Assembly: GCA_965231105.1 (NCBI GenBank)
Contig: OZ246417.1
Location: 832,908 to 896,907 of the forward strand
Origin: an uncultured Candidatus Saccharibacteria bacterium
GTDB lineage: Bacteria; Patescibacteriota; Saccharimonadia; Saccharimonadales; JACDBH01
Length of the DNA stretch: 64,000 nt
Direction of reading: 5' to 3'
The stretch's first letter is position 1; every line of letters starts with the position of its first letter. The position numbers and the translations under genes are program-made. Below, in pieces: positions 30,578 through 39,570 of this stretch. Below the pieces are notes generated by a model. The model worked only from the letters and a program-made list of their open reading frames with translations. It had not been told where the DNA came from and ran no database searches.

Positions 30578-32356
30578 ATGCACACTACAAAGCATACCGC
30601 CCACCATCTACCTGATCTTTCGTCTCTCAAGCACGAGGTTATTCAGTGGTATCGTACACATGCTCATACGCTCGTACGTGTGCTTCGTACAAGCGGCGCT
30701 GTAACGGGGGTATTCACGCTATTAAACGTTGGGATAGCTGTAGCACAGCACGGTAAAGTTGGACTATTCACTACCATCAACGGCACATCGTATAGTTTGA
30801 TGTCGCTTGATGAGGCAGCACGAATTCTTGAAGAGCAGCATGCTCAAAACACACTTATTCTTAACCTGGAAGGCAAAAATATTACTCTTGAAGCCAAGGC
30901 GGCTGGAGTTTCACTAAAAACTGAAGACACTTTTAGTGCGGTTACCGAGAAAAAGGGTTTAGATCGCTTGCCGCTTTTTAGCGTAATAAGTAATCTTTTT
31001 ACCGATGCTAAGCCTGTTTATGCAGTCGATCAAGAGGCCTTAGCAGTACAGCTGGCGCCTTTCATTAAGGACGAGTTTGTGCCTGCACAGAACGCCAGTG
31101 TGGTTATCCCGGTTGATGTGAATCAGCCTATTGTTGTTACGCCTGAAGCTGAAGGCTATGAATTAAACGCAGCCGTTGCAGCACAGCAGGCAGCTCAAGC
31201 AGTTGGCCGTGATACGTTTACGGCAAAGGTTAACAAGCGTGCTTTGTATCCAGAATGGTCTGCTCGTGAAGTTGAAGCTTATATGCCTGCTATCGAGGCA
31301 GCTCGCCGTATGACCATTTCGATTGAATCTGGCGAGAAGAAACTAAGCCTCACTGGTGAAAAATTAGCAGCGATGCTTGAACTCGATACGACTGGCAGTA
31401 CACTTAAAACTACCCTTGATAATGCAAGCCTCCAGGCCTTTTTAAAGGCAGAGGCGAAGCTCTTTTACGAAGCCCCAGTTGCTACACGTGTCGTTCTCCA
31501 AGATGGGGTAGAGATTAGCCGCAAGGAAGGTATGCCTGGCAAACAACTCGACACAGAGGTTACCGCGGCTCTTGTAACGGGTGCCTTTGAACAAGGGCTT
31601 CAGAATCTGGAGCCTGTGCTCATTGCCATCCAACCCGACTCAGTCTTTAGCCGTACGTACACAAATAGTGACAAAGGACTTTATAAGTTAATTGAAGATT
31701 TTGCAGCTAGTCATGCCGGTAGCTACAGCGTAGCGGCTGTAGAGCTGAAGGGAAGCGGTAATCGTTCGGCTTTCTATGCGGCCGATAAACCCACCGTACC
31801 TGCCAGTACATTTAAAGTATTTGTAGCCTACGGTATTTTACAGAGAATAGAGGCAGGGACGCTCAGTAAAGAGAGTGCCACCTCTCGTGGCAGCGTTGAT
31901 TACTGCATGAACCGCATGATCATCGTGTCTGATAACGATTGTGCCATTGCATTCCAAGACATCCTGGGCTGGAAAGCCTTTGATACCAAGTTAGCAAGTG
32001 ATGGTTTTACCGCTACCCGTCTTAATAACTGGGGTGGAGGAAATAAATCAAGCACCGCCCGAGATGAGGCTAACTTGCTGAGCAAGCTGTACTTTAGCGA
32101 GCTTGTCACGGCTGATTCTTCTAGCTACCTCTTTGGACTTATGAAGCAGCAGATTTACCGTCAGGGTATTATGGCTGGTAGTGGTGGTGCTCCTGTCGCT
32201 GCTAAGGTTGGTTTCCTGGATGGCTGGTACCACGATATGGGAATTGTCTACGCCCCCAAGTCTACCTACGCACTCGTTATCTTTACGACCGGTGCTGGTG
32301 GTTTCTCGAATATCCGTGCGTTGTCTCAGCAGATCTACGATTTTTATAATCAATAA
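30578..32356 (+). CDS. Membrane-anchored serine hydrolase with C-terminal class A beta-lactamase-like domain
   Basis: 592 aa with an N-terminal TM helix and ~370 aa of unknown region. It then carries STFK (SxxK), SDN and KVG (KTG-like) motifs in the canonical order. Confidence 0.7.
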   Translation: MHTTKHTAHHLPDLSSLKHEVIQWYRTHAHTLVRVLRTSGAVTGVFTLLNVGIAVAQHGKVGLFTTINGTSYSLMSLDEAARILEEQHAQNTLILNLEGKNITLEAKAAGVSLKTEDTFSAVTEKKGLDRLPLFSVISNLFTDAKPVYAVDQEALAVQLAPFIKDEFVPAQNASVVIPVDVNQPIVVTPEAEGYELNAAVAAQQAAQAVGRDTFTAKVNKRALYPEWSAREVEAYMPAIEAARRMTISIESGEKKLSLTGEKLAAMLELDTTGSTLKTTLDNASLQAFLKAEAKLFYEAPVATRVVLQDGVEISRKEGMPGKQLDTEVTAALVTGAFEQGLQNLEPVLIAIQPDSVFSRTYTNSDKGLYKLIEDFAASHAGSYSVAAVELKGSGNRSAFYAADKPTVPASTFKVFVAYGILQRIEAGTLSKESATSRGSVDYCMNRMIIVSDNDCAIAFQDILGWKAFDTKLASDGFTATRLNNWGGGNKSSTARDEANLLSKLYFSELVTADSSSYLFGLMKQQIYRQGIMAGSGGAPVAAKVGFLDGWYHDMGIVYAPKSTYALVIFTTGAGGFSNIRALSQQIYDFYNQ

Positions 32357-32412
32357 TTTTCCTAAATAACCTCTCTTTAGGTATTATGGGTGGTACGTAA
32401 GAAGAGGCCTCT

Positions 32413-32994
32413 ATGCATACGTCACCTGAATTTAATGATCAGCTCAACCTAGCTTTTAATATCGGCGCTTCGATTTCATGCGGAGAATTTACGAGAGCAG
32501 AAGCGGTGGGATCGCTTGCCACAGGACTGGCTGCTTTGTGCAACGTAGATGATAGGGGAGGCGAATCACGGATAGCAGAATTGCGGCAGAAGTTTATTGT
32601 TAATGATAGCTTGGTAAGTCCTCGAGATAATTTCTTTAAAGCCACCTTTCAGATTGCCGCTGAGGGTGTTATCGATCGTAGTATTGTGCCTGATGATAGG
32701 CGCGCGACCGGTACCGCCCAGGCCCTTCAGAGATTGGCGGAAGGTGCAGTACAAAACGGGGCCAGCCAGATTGGTGCACGATGGTTAATCCGAAAAACTT
32801 TAATTGGGCGAATTGGGGGTGCCGACAGTTATGATAATGAAGGAGCAAAGCTCAAAGTTATTGAATTTGATGCCATTATGCGCTTAGGAGGATTTGCAAC
32901 GCCGCTTGATAAGTATATGGCTGCTTCGCGGTTTAAGTCATATAGAGAAGAGTTCGGCAGAGATATTGTAGAGGCAAGAGCAGAGCTGTACTAG
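32413..32994 (+). CDS. Hypothetical protein, paralog B
   Basis: 193 aa. Compare DNFFKATFQIAAEGVIDRSIVPDDRRATGTAQALQRLAEGA with paralog A DYFFNGAFDIAARGILHRERFPSEARPEIGTAQNLNSLMRGA. Confidence 0.6.
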   Translation: MHTSPEFNDQLNLAFNIGASISCGEFTRAEAVGSLATGLAALCNVDDRGGESRIAELRQKFIVNDSLVSPRDNFFKATFQIAAEGVIDRSIVPDDRRATGTAQALQRLAEGAVQNGASQIGARWLIRKTLIGRIGGADSYDNEGAKLKVIEFDAIMRLGGFATPLDKYMAASRFKSYREEFGRDIVEARAELY

Positions 32995-33119
32995 GTACAA
33001 GAACAGATGGTATATCTGATATAATCTCAGTTGCTGAGGAATGCCATCGTGTAAGTGAAAGGTCATTGTACAAGCACCTTTAAAATTGACAGCGGTTGAT
33101 AAATGCATATTATTGAATT

Positions 33120-33593
33120 ATGCCAATGCCTAAAAAGCCTCGGGTACCTTGTTTAAATTGCCAAAAAGAGACACCCCGCCCAGGCTACAAGTATTGCAAT
33201 AACCAATGCCAAGCTTACTATCAATATAAAAGCTTTATAGCTGAGTGGCTCGTGGGTAGACATACGGGTCTACAGGGGCATGGTGTCGTTTCTAGGCACA
33301 TAAAGAGATTTTTGCGAGAGAAATATGGAAATAAATGTTGCATATGTAATTGGGCCGAAGTTAATGTAAGAACGGGTGAAGTCCCCTTGGTTGCAGATCA
33401 TATCGATGGGAACTGGCGGAATAATACGGAGACCAACTTGCGTTTAATTTGCCCAAATTGTGATGCTATTTCAGATACCTACGCTGGTTTAAATCGAGGG
33501 AATGGAAGAAAACAAAGGGTTGTTAGCAAAAGGGCGCAAGAAGGCCGATTACTCAATCTTAGATATGCCGAAGTAACTCAGTTGGTAGAGTAG
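33120..33593 (+). CDS. HNH endonuclease
   Basis: N-terminal CxxC...CxxxC zinc ribbon and an HNH core LVADHIDGNWRNNTETNLRLICPNCD. The last 27 nt and the stop codon lie inside tRNA-Thr. Confidence 0.75.
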   Translation: MPMPKKPRVPCLNCQKETPRPGYKYCNNQCQAYYQYKSFIAEWLVGRHTGLQGHGVVSRHIKRFLREKYGNKCCICNWAEVNVRTGEVPLVADHIDGNWRNNTETNLRLICPNCDAISDTYAGLNRGNGRKQRVVSKRAQEGRLLNLRYAEVTQLVE

Positions 33594-33642
33594 CTGTTTC
33601 GTAAATAGCAAGTCGTGGGTTCGAGTCCCATCTTCGGCTCCA
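33567..33642 (+). tRNA. tRNA-Thr (anticodon CGT)
   Basis: Acceptor GCCGAAG/CTTCGGC, anticodon loop TTCGTAA, GGTTCGAGTCC T-arm, encoded CCA. Confidence 0.85.
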
Positions 33643-33647
33643 TACAA

Positions 33648-33722
33648 GCGGGTATCGTATAACGGCTATTATGTATCCTTCCCAAGGATGAAACGAGGGT
33701 TCGACTCCCTCTACCCGCACCA
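33648..33722 (+). tRNA. tRNA-Gly (anticodon CCC)
   Basis: Acceptor GCGGGTA/TACCCGC, anticodon loop TTCCCAA, GGTTCGACTCC T-arm, encoded CCA. Lies 5 nt after tRNA-Thr. Confidence 0.85.
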
Positions 33723-33784
33723 TTCAGTCTTTGAGGCCCGTGATCATATTTAATTAAAACGTGTATAATTAGTATTCAGTACTT

Positions 33785-34141
33785 ATGGCCATTCCTACGA
33801 AGTTTTTTCACGATCGTACTATTCTCATTTTGCTAATTATCAATAGCATCCTCTTGGTGGTAGGGAGTCTCTTGGTGCTGTTTCGCCTCGATGCGAGCAA
33901 AGCTAGCGGATACATTATTCAGTATCGTTCAGGGGTAGGTATCGGTGAATTTAAGACGGGCAGTGGGCTTGATATGGCAGGCTTTGTCTTTTTCCTGATG
34001 GTTGCGTTCGCGCTCTCGTTCATTATTAGTATCCGGAGCTACAACGAACGCCGGAACATCGCATTGACTGTACTCATCCTGACTTCATTACTAAGCCTCC
34101 TCACCATAATGGTGAGTGATGCATTACTCGTACTGAGGTAG
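33785..34141 (+). CDS. Small polytopic membrane protein
   Basis: 118 aa with about four TM helices. Lies 3 nt upstream of the GT2 gene. Confidence 0.55.
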   Translation: MAIPTKFFHDRTILILLIINSILLVVGSLLVLFRLDASKASGYIIQYRSGVGIGEFKTGSGLDMAGFVFFLMVAFALSFIISIRSYNERRNIALTVLILTSLLSLLTIMVSDALLVLR

Positions 34142-34144
34142 GGT

Positions 34145-35740
34145 ATGAGAGTAGCGGATATTGAGATACCCCAACCACAGGATCGCAGTTGGCGTTATCG
34201 CTTCTGGGAGATATTTCCAGGCATGGTGAGCTGGACCTTAATTCTTCTACCGGTTGTCTTAAGTCTTGTTAATCCCACTTTGTTTGCTGTCTTTATTATC
34301 GCCTTCTTGCTCATCTGGTTTGCTAAGGCAATTGGGCTAAACATTCGTTCATTCCAAGGTTTTCGTATGCTCCATAAACAGCAAAAGCTCGATTGGCAGC
34401 TACTGCTAGAGGATCTTGAAGGCGGTCGGCTGATGCACCCTGAAAGGACGATGCCCAAATGGCATAAACAGAATGTTGAGCGACTTGAGGAACGGCCCTT
34501 ATGCATGCCCCCAAGTGAGGTCCTGCATGCCATTATTATTGCTACCTATAACGAAAGCCGAGACACCCTCGAGCCAACAATTAAATCAGTGCTTGCCAGC
34601 AAGTACGACATGAAGAAAGTTATTCTTATCCTTGCGTATGAAGAGCGAGGTGGTCCTGAGGTAGAGGCCCAGGCAAACGCACTGATGCAGGAATATAAGG
34701 GTGATTTCATGTATGCAGCGGCTATCAAGCATCCGCATGATATTCCGGGAGAGGTCATCGGCAAAGGCGGCAACATTACCTACGCGGGACGAGAATTACA
34801 GAAGTACCTTGAACAAAAGAATATTGTGCCTGACAGGGTAATAGTTACGACGCTTGATGCCGATAACAGGCCGCATCCCTCATATCTGGCCGCACTTACG
34901 TACACCTTTTGCTCTACCGAAGATCCACGCTATGTGTCGTATCAGCCTATCCCGTTATTCTTGAATAACATCTGGGATGCTCCAAGCCCTATGCGCGTGA
35001 TTGCTACGGGTAACTCATTTTGGAACGTTATTATGAGTATGCGTCCGCATATGCTCAGGAACTTTAGCAGCCACGCCCAGAGCATGCGGGCTCTTATCGA
35101 TTGTGATTTCTGGAGTGTACGGACAATTGTAGAGGACGGACATCAGTTCTGGCGCACCTATTTCAGATATAACGGTAAGCATGAAGTCTTCCCAATCTTC
35201 ATTCCCATCTATCAGGATGCTGTCTTGAGCAGTACTTATCGTAAGACTCTCAAAGCCCAATTTATTCAGCTGAGGCGCTGGGCATGGGGAGCAAGTGATG
35301 TTGCCTATGTGGCAAGTAAAGGCTTTCGGCGAGATAGCAAGGTACCGCGCGTCGATATGTTCTTTAAATTTATGCGACTCATGGAAAGTCACGTAAGCTG
35401 GGCTACAGCCTCATTGCTCCTGGCGTTTGGTGCATTGGTGCCCGTATTAATTCGTCCAGAGAACTTTGTAGCTAATCAGCTCCCTCATATTGCCAGCATG
35501 ATCCAAAACATAGCCCTTACGGGCATCTTTTGTACCTTGTTCTTAAGTCTTAAGTCCTTGCCGCCAAAGCCAGAGCGCTATAAACGGCACCGTACCATAT
35601 TTATGGTACTCCAGTGGGTTCTATTGCCGGTTACGACTATTCTCTATAACACGATGGCAGCTATTAACTCTCAAACCCGTCTCATGTTTGGGTGGTATCT
35701 TGGTAAATTTGATGTAACCGAAAAAGCGGTAAAGAAGTAA
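34145..35740 (+). CDS. Membrane-integrated family 2 glycosyltransferase (processive, cellulose-synthase-like)
   Basis: IIATYNES, TLDADN and QLRRWAWG (QxxRW) motifs, with flanking TM helices. Confidence 0.8.
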   Translation: MRVADIEIPQPQDRSWRYRFWEIFPGMVSWTLILLPVVLSLVNPTLFAVFIIAFLLIWFAKAIGLNIRSFQGFRMLHKQQKLDWQLLLEDLEGGRLMHPERTMPKWHKQNVERLEERPLCMPPSEVLHAIIIATYNESRDTLEPTIKSVLASKYDMKKVILILAYEERGGPEVEAQANALMQEYKGDFMYAAAIKHPHDIPGEVIGKGGNITYAGRELQKYLEQKNIVPDRVIVTTLDADNRPHPSYLAALTYTFCSTEDPRYVSYQPIPLFLNNIWDAPSPMRVIATGNSFWNVIMSMRPHMLRNFSSHAQSMRALIDCDFWSVRTIVEDGHQFWRTYFRYNGKHEVFPIFIPIYQDAVLSSTYRKTLKAQFIQLRRWAWGASDVAYVASKGFRRDSKVPRVDMFFKFMRLMESHVSWATASLLLAFGALVPVLIRPENFVANQLPHIASMIQNIALTGIFCTLFLSLKSLPPKPERYKRHRTIFMVLQWVLLPVTTILYNTMAAINSQTRLMFGWYLGKFDVTEKAVKK

Positions 35741-36337
35741 ATGGCTAAAAAACGAGTTCTCACATTGAATCGAACGATAGGATATATCTTAACCATTGGT
35801 GGGGTTGTGGGTTTTCTGGCTGCCTCTGTTCTCACGCTTGAAAAGATTGAGCTCCTGAAGAACCCGGCATATCAGCCAACATGTGACCTCAGCCCTATTA
35901 TTAGCTGTGGTTCAGTTATGAAGACCTGGCAGGCAAGTGCCTTTGGCTTTCCGAACTCACTCATTGGCATCGCTGGTTTTGCTGCCGTTATCGCCTTAGG
36001 TGTTGCATTGCTGGCTGGGGCTACCTTCAAAAGGTGGTTCTGGCAAGTTATACAGCTGGGTGTGACATTCGGAATGGTATTCATCTTCTGGCTTCAGTAC
36101 CAAAGTATCTATAACATCGGTGCCCTATGTCCATACTGTATGGTGGTGTGGGTCGCTATGATCCCCATCTTCTGGTACACCACGCTCTACAATCTCCGAG
36201 AGGGGCATATAAAACTTTCTAAAAGAGTGAGCGCTTTTCTTCAGCGACACCACGGTGATGTCTTAATCGTGTGGTATCTGGCTATCATAGGGGTGATCCT
36301 TAATCGCTTCTGGTACTACTGGTCTACGCTTATCTAA
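35741..36337 (+). CDS. Vitamin K epoxide reductase (VKOR) family protein
   Basis: CDLSPIISC loop cysteines and a CPYC active-site motif within a 4-5 TM core. Starts directly after the GT2 stop. Confidence 0.75.
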   Translation: MAKKRVLTLNRTIGYILTIGGVVGFLAASVLTLEKIELLKNPAYQPTCDLSPIISCGSVMKTWQASAFGFPNSLIGIAGFAAVIALGVALLAGATFKRWFWQVIQLGVTFGMVFIFWLQYQSIYNIGALCPYCMVVWVAMIPIFWYTTLYNLREGHIKLSKRVSAFLQRHHGDVLIVWYLAIIGVILNRFWYYWSTLI

Positions 36338-36360
36338 AGGGCTGTGCTATATTGTGGTTC

Positions 36361-36774
36361 ATGTTGAGGCAAGGTAATGAGGCGCATCAAAAATTCATTG
36401 ATTTTGTAGAGAGAACTGCAAATCGTACGCCTGCTGCTAATCACGAGGATCCTGATCTTCAGAAGTACGGAAACTACGTTCTACTAGGAGAAGTCGGATT
36501 AATGCCTTGCGAAGAATTGCAGGTACGGCAGTATAGTAGCCCCGAGACTATTTATTCACGATATATTTCGCTGCTTCTGGCGGGCAACACCATCCTTACA
36601 ATTATTGGCGACGAAGAACGAATAACAGATGTGACAAATGATTATTTCTGGTATCACACTCAACAGGACAAGATAGATGCGATGGCTATATATGTTATTG
36701 ATCGACTCAATGGCATGGCCGATAACGGCCAACTACAGCCTGCCCGGGAAAATATTGGTCTACTTCCTCGATAA
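36361..36774 (+). CDS. Hypothetical protein
   Basis: About 137 aa from the first ATG; the track uses TTG at 36352. The 3' end overlaps nrdR convergently by 15 nt. Confidence 0.45.
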   Translation: MLRQGNEAHQKFIDFVERTANRTPAANHEDPDLQKYGNYVLLGEVGLMPCEELQVRQYSSPETIYSRYISLLLAGNTILTIIGDEERITDVTNDYFWYHTQQDKIDAMAIYVIDRLNGMADNGQLQPARENIGLLPR

Positions 36775-37188
36775 CGCAGCCTGGTGATAGGCCTTATAGC
36801 TGGCTGCCGCTGCCTTATCAAACCGTTTAAGGGCTTCGTATGTAAAGACGACAAGATCTAAGAGATGGACAACCCCTTCCTTTGCTTGCTTCTTAGTAAG
36901 TAAGCGGCCTATGACCGTTTCGGTAAGGGCAGTGGCGCTGGATAGAGCATCAGGACGATGCCCAAGCGACTGGTAAATACTAAGAAACAATTTATCGCGG
37001 TTAAAAGGGGAAAACTTCTTCTTTTCTCTGGTCTGCACAACCAGAGCAGTGGCGTAGTCTGGTAATTCAAGGGTAGTGAATTGTGCGACACATACTTTGC
37101 ATGCTCGACGGCGCCATACGGATGGGTTTCGGGCTCGCAATCGCGAGTTGGTAACTTCCGTCTCGGAACCGCAATATATACATACCAT
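36760..37188 (-). CDS. nrdR: Transcriptional repressor NrdR
   Basis: MVCIYCGSETEVTNSR...CKVCVAQFTTLE zinc ribbon plus an ATP-cone. Start placed at MVCIYCG; the track ORF extends to 37239. Confidence 0.85.
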   Translation of the reverse strand: MVCIYCGSETEVTNSRLRARNPSVWRRRACKVCVAQFTTLELPDYATALVVQTREKKKFSPFNRDKLFLSIYQSLGHRPDALSSATALTETVIGRLLTKKQAKEGVVHLLDLVVFTYEALKRFDKAAAASYKAYHQAALSRK

Positions 37189-37244
37189 GTCTACATATTG
37201 ACATAACGCTAATGTTTTTCCAAGTGGAAAAGTGTCCAAAAACC

Positions 37245-37283
37245 GGGGAAAAGAAAAACCGCTCAGGTTTTACGCTGAGCGGT
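37245..37283 (-). terminator. Rho-independent terminator (minus strand)
   Basis: Minus-strand reading ACCGCTCAG-CGTAAAAC-CTGAGCGGT followed by TTTTTCTTTT. Confidence 0.55.
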
Positions 37284-37303
37284 TCCACAGTCCACCTCTG
37301 TTG

Positions 37304-37423
37304 TTAACTGGCGCTTACTTGAGCACGAGGCCTGCGCAAACGCTGCTTAATGGGTTTGACCGAGGATAATTCCTCATAAAAAAGGGCAAAGCCATCAAGC
37401 GTATTTGGCCGAGATTTACTCAC
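37304..37423 (-). CDS. Candidate 39 aa small basic protein
   Basis: Not in the track. GGGAG lies 6 nt upstream of a GTG start. (M)SKSRPNTLDGFALFYEELSSVKPIKQRLRRPRAQVSAS. The terminator begins about 20 nt after the stop. Confidence 0.3.
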   Translation of the reverse strand: MSKSRPNTLDGFALFYEELSSVKPIKQRLRRPRAQVSAS

Positions 37424-37596
37424 CAAAAACTCCCGATTAACACGCTTATGTTAACATAAAGCGAACAAAAAAGCAATATCTTGGGCGCAAATAACACCTT
37501 AGACCTGTAGCGAATAATACATTTTTACGAACATAAGCGGTTTCAGTATGCTTATTTCCGTAACAGGGGTGGTATCTGGTACAATATCAGCTTATT

Positions 37597-38670
37597 ATGC
37601 AGGTTTTTGAAGAGATTAAAGGAAACGATGATGGATCGCGCCAAGGCGTACTTAAGACACGTCGTGGTGATGTTAAAACACCTACCTTTATGCCGGATGG
37701 TACAAGGGGAGTTGTTAAAAGCCTGACGGCTGAACAAGTCAAAAGCGCTGGTATCGATATAGTCCTTGCTAACACCTATCATCTACACCTTCAGCCAGGA
37801 GAAGAGGTGGTAAAGAAATTGGGTGGTCTTCATGAGTTTGGTAAATGGCAGGGGCCGATCTTAACTGATTCTGGGGGTTTTCAGGTGTTTTCTCTCAGTA
37901 AGTTGCGCAAGATTACGGAAGAAGGCGTTACGTTTAAACACCCTGTAACGGGTGAGATGCGACTTCTCACTCCAGAAACCTCCATGCAGATTCAGATCGC
38001 GCTTGGAAGTGACATGATCGTTGCCTTTGACCATCTGACCGGACTTGATGAGGAATCGATTAAAGACACCCGTGAGGCCTTTGATCGTACCCATCGCTGG
38101 TTGGAGCGCTGTATAACGGAATTCAAGCGCTTAACAAAAGATATGAAGCCAAAAGAACGGCCGCTCTTATTTGGGGTGGTACAGGGTGGATTAGACCTAG
38201 ATTTAAGAGAAAAGAGCTTAAAAATTATTCAGGATTCTGATGTGGATGGTATCGCGATTGGGGGACTTTCGGTTGGTGAATCAAGGGAAGATATGCAGCG
38301 GGTTTTAGCCCATTTAGCCCCGCTTTACGATCCAAATCGTCCCCATTTCTTACTCGGTGTAGGTGAGCCAACTGACCTTCGCTTCGCAGTTGAACACGGA
38401 ATTGATATGTTGGACTGCGTTTTGCCGACGCGCAACGCCCGACACGCCACCGTATGGGTGGAGGGTGATAAGAAGATTCACCTTACCAATGCTAAGTATT
38501 TCGATGATTCTACCCCTATTATGGACGGCTGTGACTGCTATACATGCACTAATAATTATTCAAAGGGATTTTTGCGCCATCAGTTTAAAGTAGGCGAGCC
38601 ATTAGCGGGCAGTTTAGCCTCCATTCATAATCTGAGATATCTGCAGAGAATCTGCGAGAGTTATAGATAA
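37597..38670 (+). CDS. tgt: tRNA-guanine transglycosylase (queuine tRNA-ribosyltransferase)
   Basis: TPTFMPDGT, TDSGGFQVFSL and a C-terminal CDCYTC zinc site. Confidence 0.9.
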   Translation: MQVFEEIKGNDDGSRQGVLKTRRGDVKTPTFMPDGTRGVVKSLTAEQVKSAGIDIVLANTYHLHLQPGEEVVKKLGGLHEFGKWQGPILTDSGGFQVFSLSKLRKITEEGVTFKHPVTGEMRLLTPETSMQIQIALGSDMIVAFDHLTGLDEESIKDTREAFDRTHRWLERCITEFKRLTKDMKPKERPLLFGVVQGGLDLDLREKSLKIIQDSDVDGIAIGGLSVGESREDMQRVLAHLAPLYDPNRPHFLLGVGEPTDLRFAVEHGIDMLDCVLPTRNARHATVWVEGDKKIHLTNAKYFDDSTPIMDGCDCYTCTNNYSKGFLRHQFKVGEPLAGSLASIHNLRYLQRICESYR

Positions 38671-38703
38671 TAAAAACTTCTCCTAAAAAAGAGAAGTCTC
38701 GTT

Positions 38704-38780
38704 TGGTGGGCCCTAGAGGATTCGAACCTCTCACCTCTTCCACGTCAAGGAAGCGCTCTAGCCAAATGAGCTAAGAGCCC
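38704..38780 (-). tRNA. tRNA-Val (anticodon GAC)
   Basis: Reverse complement GGGCTCT...CTTCC-TTGACGT-GGAAG...GGTTCGAATCC...AGGGCCC-A-CCA. Confidence 0.85.
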
Positions 38781-38827
38781 TAAAGAACAGGGGTAATGAT
38801 ACCGGATTTACTCTTTATAATCAATGA

Positions 38828-39055
38828 CTAATCGAGAACGACATGAGGTATAGGCAGGCGGCGCGCCATCGCAAGAGCGGCCAGGTCACGATGCAATTCC
38901 TGCAGCTGCTCTGGAGACATAATTCTTTCTGAGTCACATAAGCCTAGGCCAAATGCAGCGGGCGGTGTCTCAGGATGGGTTACGTGGAGGCGAGCATAAG
39001 CTGCTCGTGATTTTTCGGTAGCGGTGAGATTTTGTGGGGCTTCCGAGTTCTCCAT
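38828..39055 (-). CDS. Hypothetical 75 aa protein
   Basis: ORF only; no motif recognised. Confidence 0.35.
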   Translation of the reverse strand: MENSEAPQNLTATEKSRAAYARLHVTHPETPPAAFGLGLCDSERIMSPEQLQELHRDLAALAMARRLPIPHVVLD

Positions 39056-39269
39056 GACTTAAATATAACATAGTGAAAAGGCGAACAAAGTGTGGCAATT
39101 TCTAGACAGCACTCATGAACTACTCATTTTCTCGATTTACTCATTTATTATCATAAACGGTATATAAGTTACAGGAACGACTTTCCACACTATCCACAGG
39201 AAGTGGATTAAAAATAAGCATTTTCATGAAAAAAGTACTAGCATTTTAATACCAGCCTGCTTATAATAG

Positions 39270-39570
39270 CCTGCAGGTGAGTTTTGAAAGGTGTTTTGTG
39301 ATACAATACACCCCAGTGCAGTGAAGTGGCCTCACCAACCATGGAGCACCGTCCCCAGACTACAACGGACGTAAAACAGGGGTAGTACGAGCGAAACGTC
39401 CGGTGGAACCGCTCTTTACCTTTTTGTCATCTAACAATAGCGCTGAAAAATCAGCGTCGCACCTTATCAACGGATGACAAAGAGGTGGAGAGCCCGAGAC
39501 ATGCAGAGTCTGATTGAATATATTTGCGAGAATATTCAACCGGGCAAACGCATGTCTCTTTTTATTTATA
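39270..39570 (+). promoter_or_regulatory. Structured thrS leader with two T-box-core-like motifs, each followed by hairpin + U-run (candidate Thr T-box attenuator)
   Basis: AAACGTCCGGTGGAACCGCTC at 39394..39414 resembles the T-box consensus AAnnnGGGUGGUACCGCG. A second GGTGGAGAGCCCG lies at 39484..39496. The hairpin GAGACATGC(39496..39504)/GCATGTCTC(39550..39558) is followed by TTTTTATTT. An AGTGAAG box and ACC-A (Thr codon) lie at 39320..39341. Confidence 0.4.
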
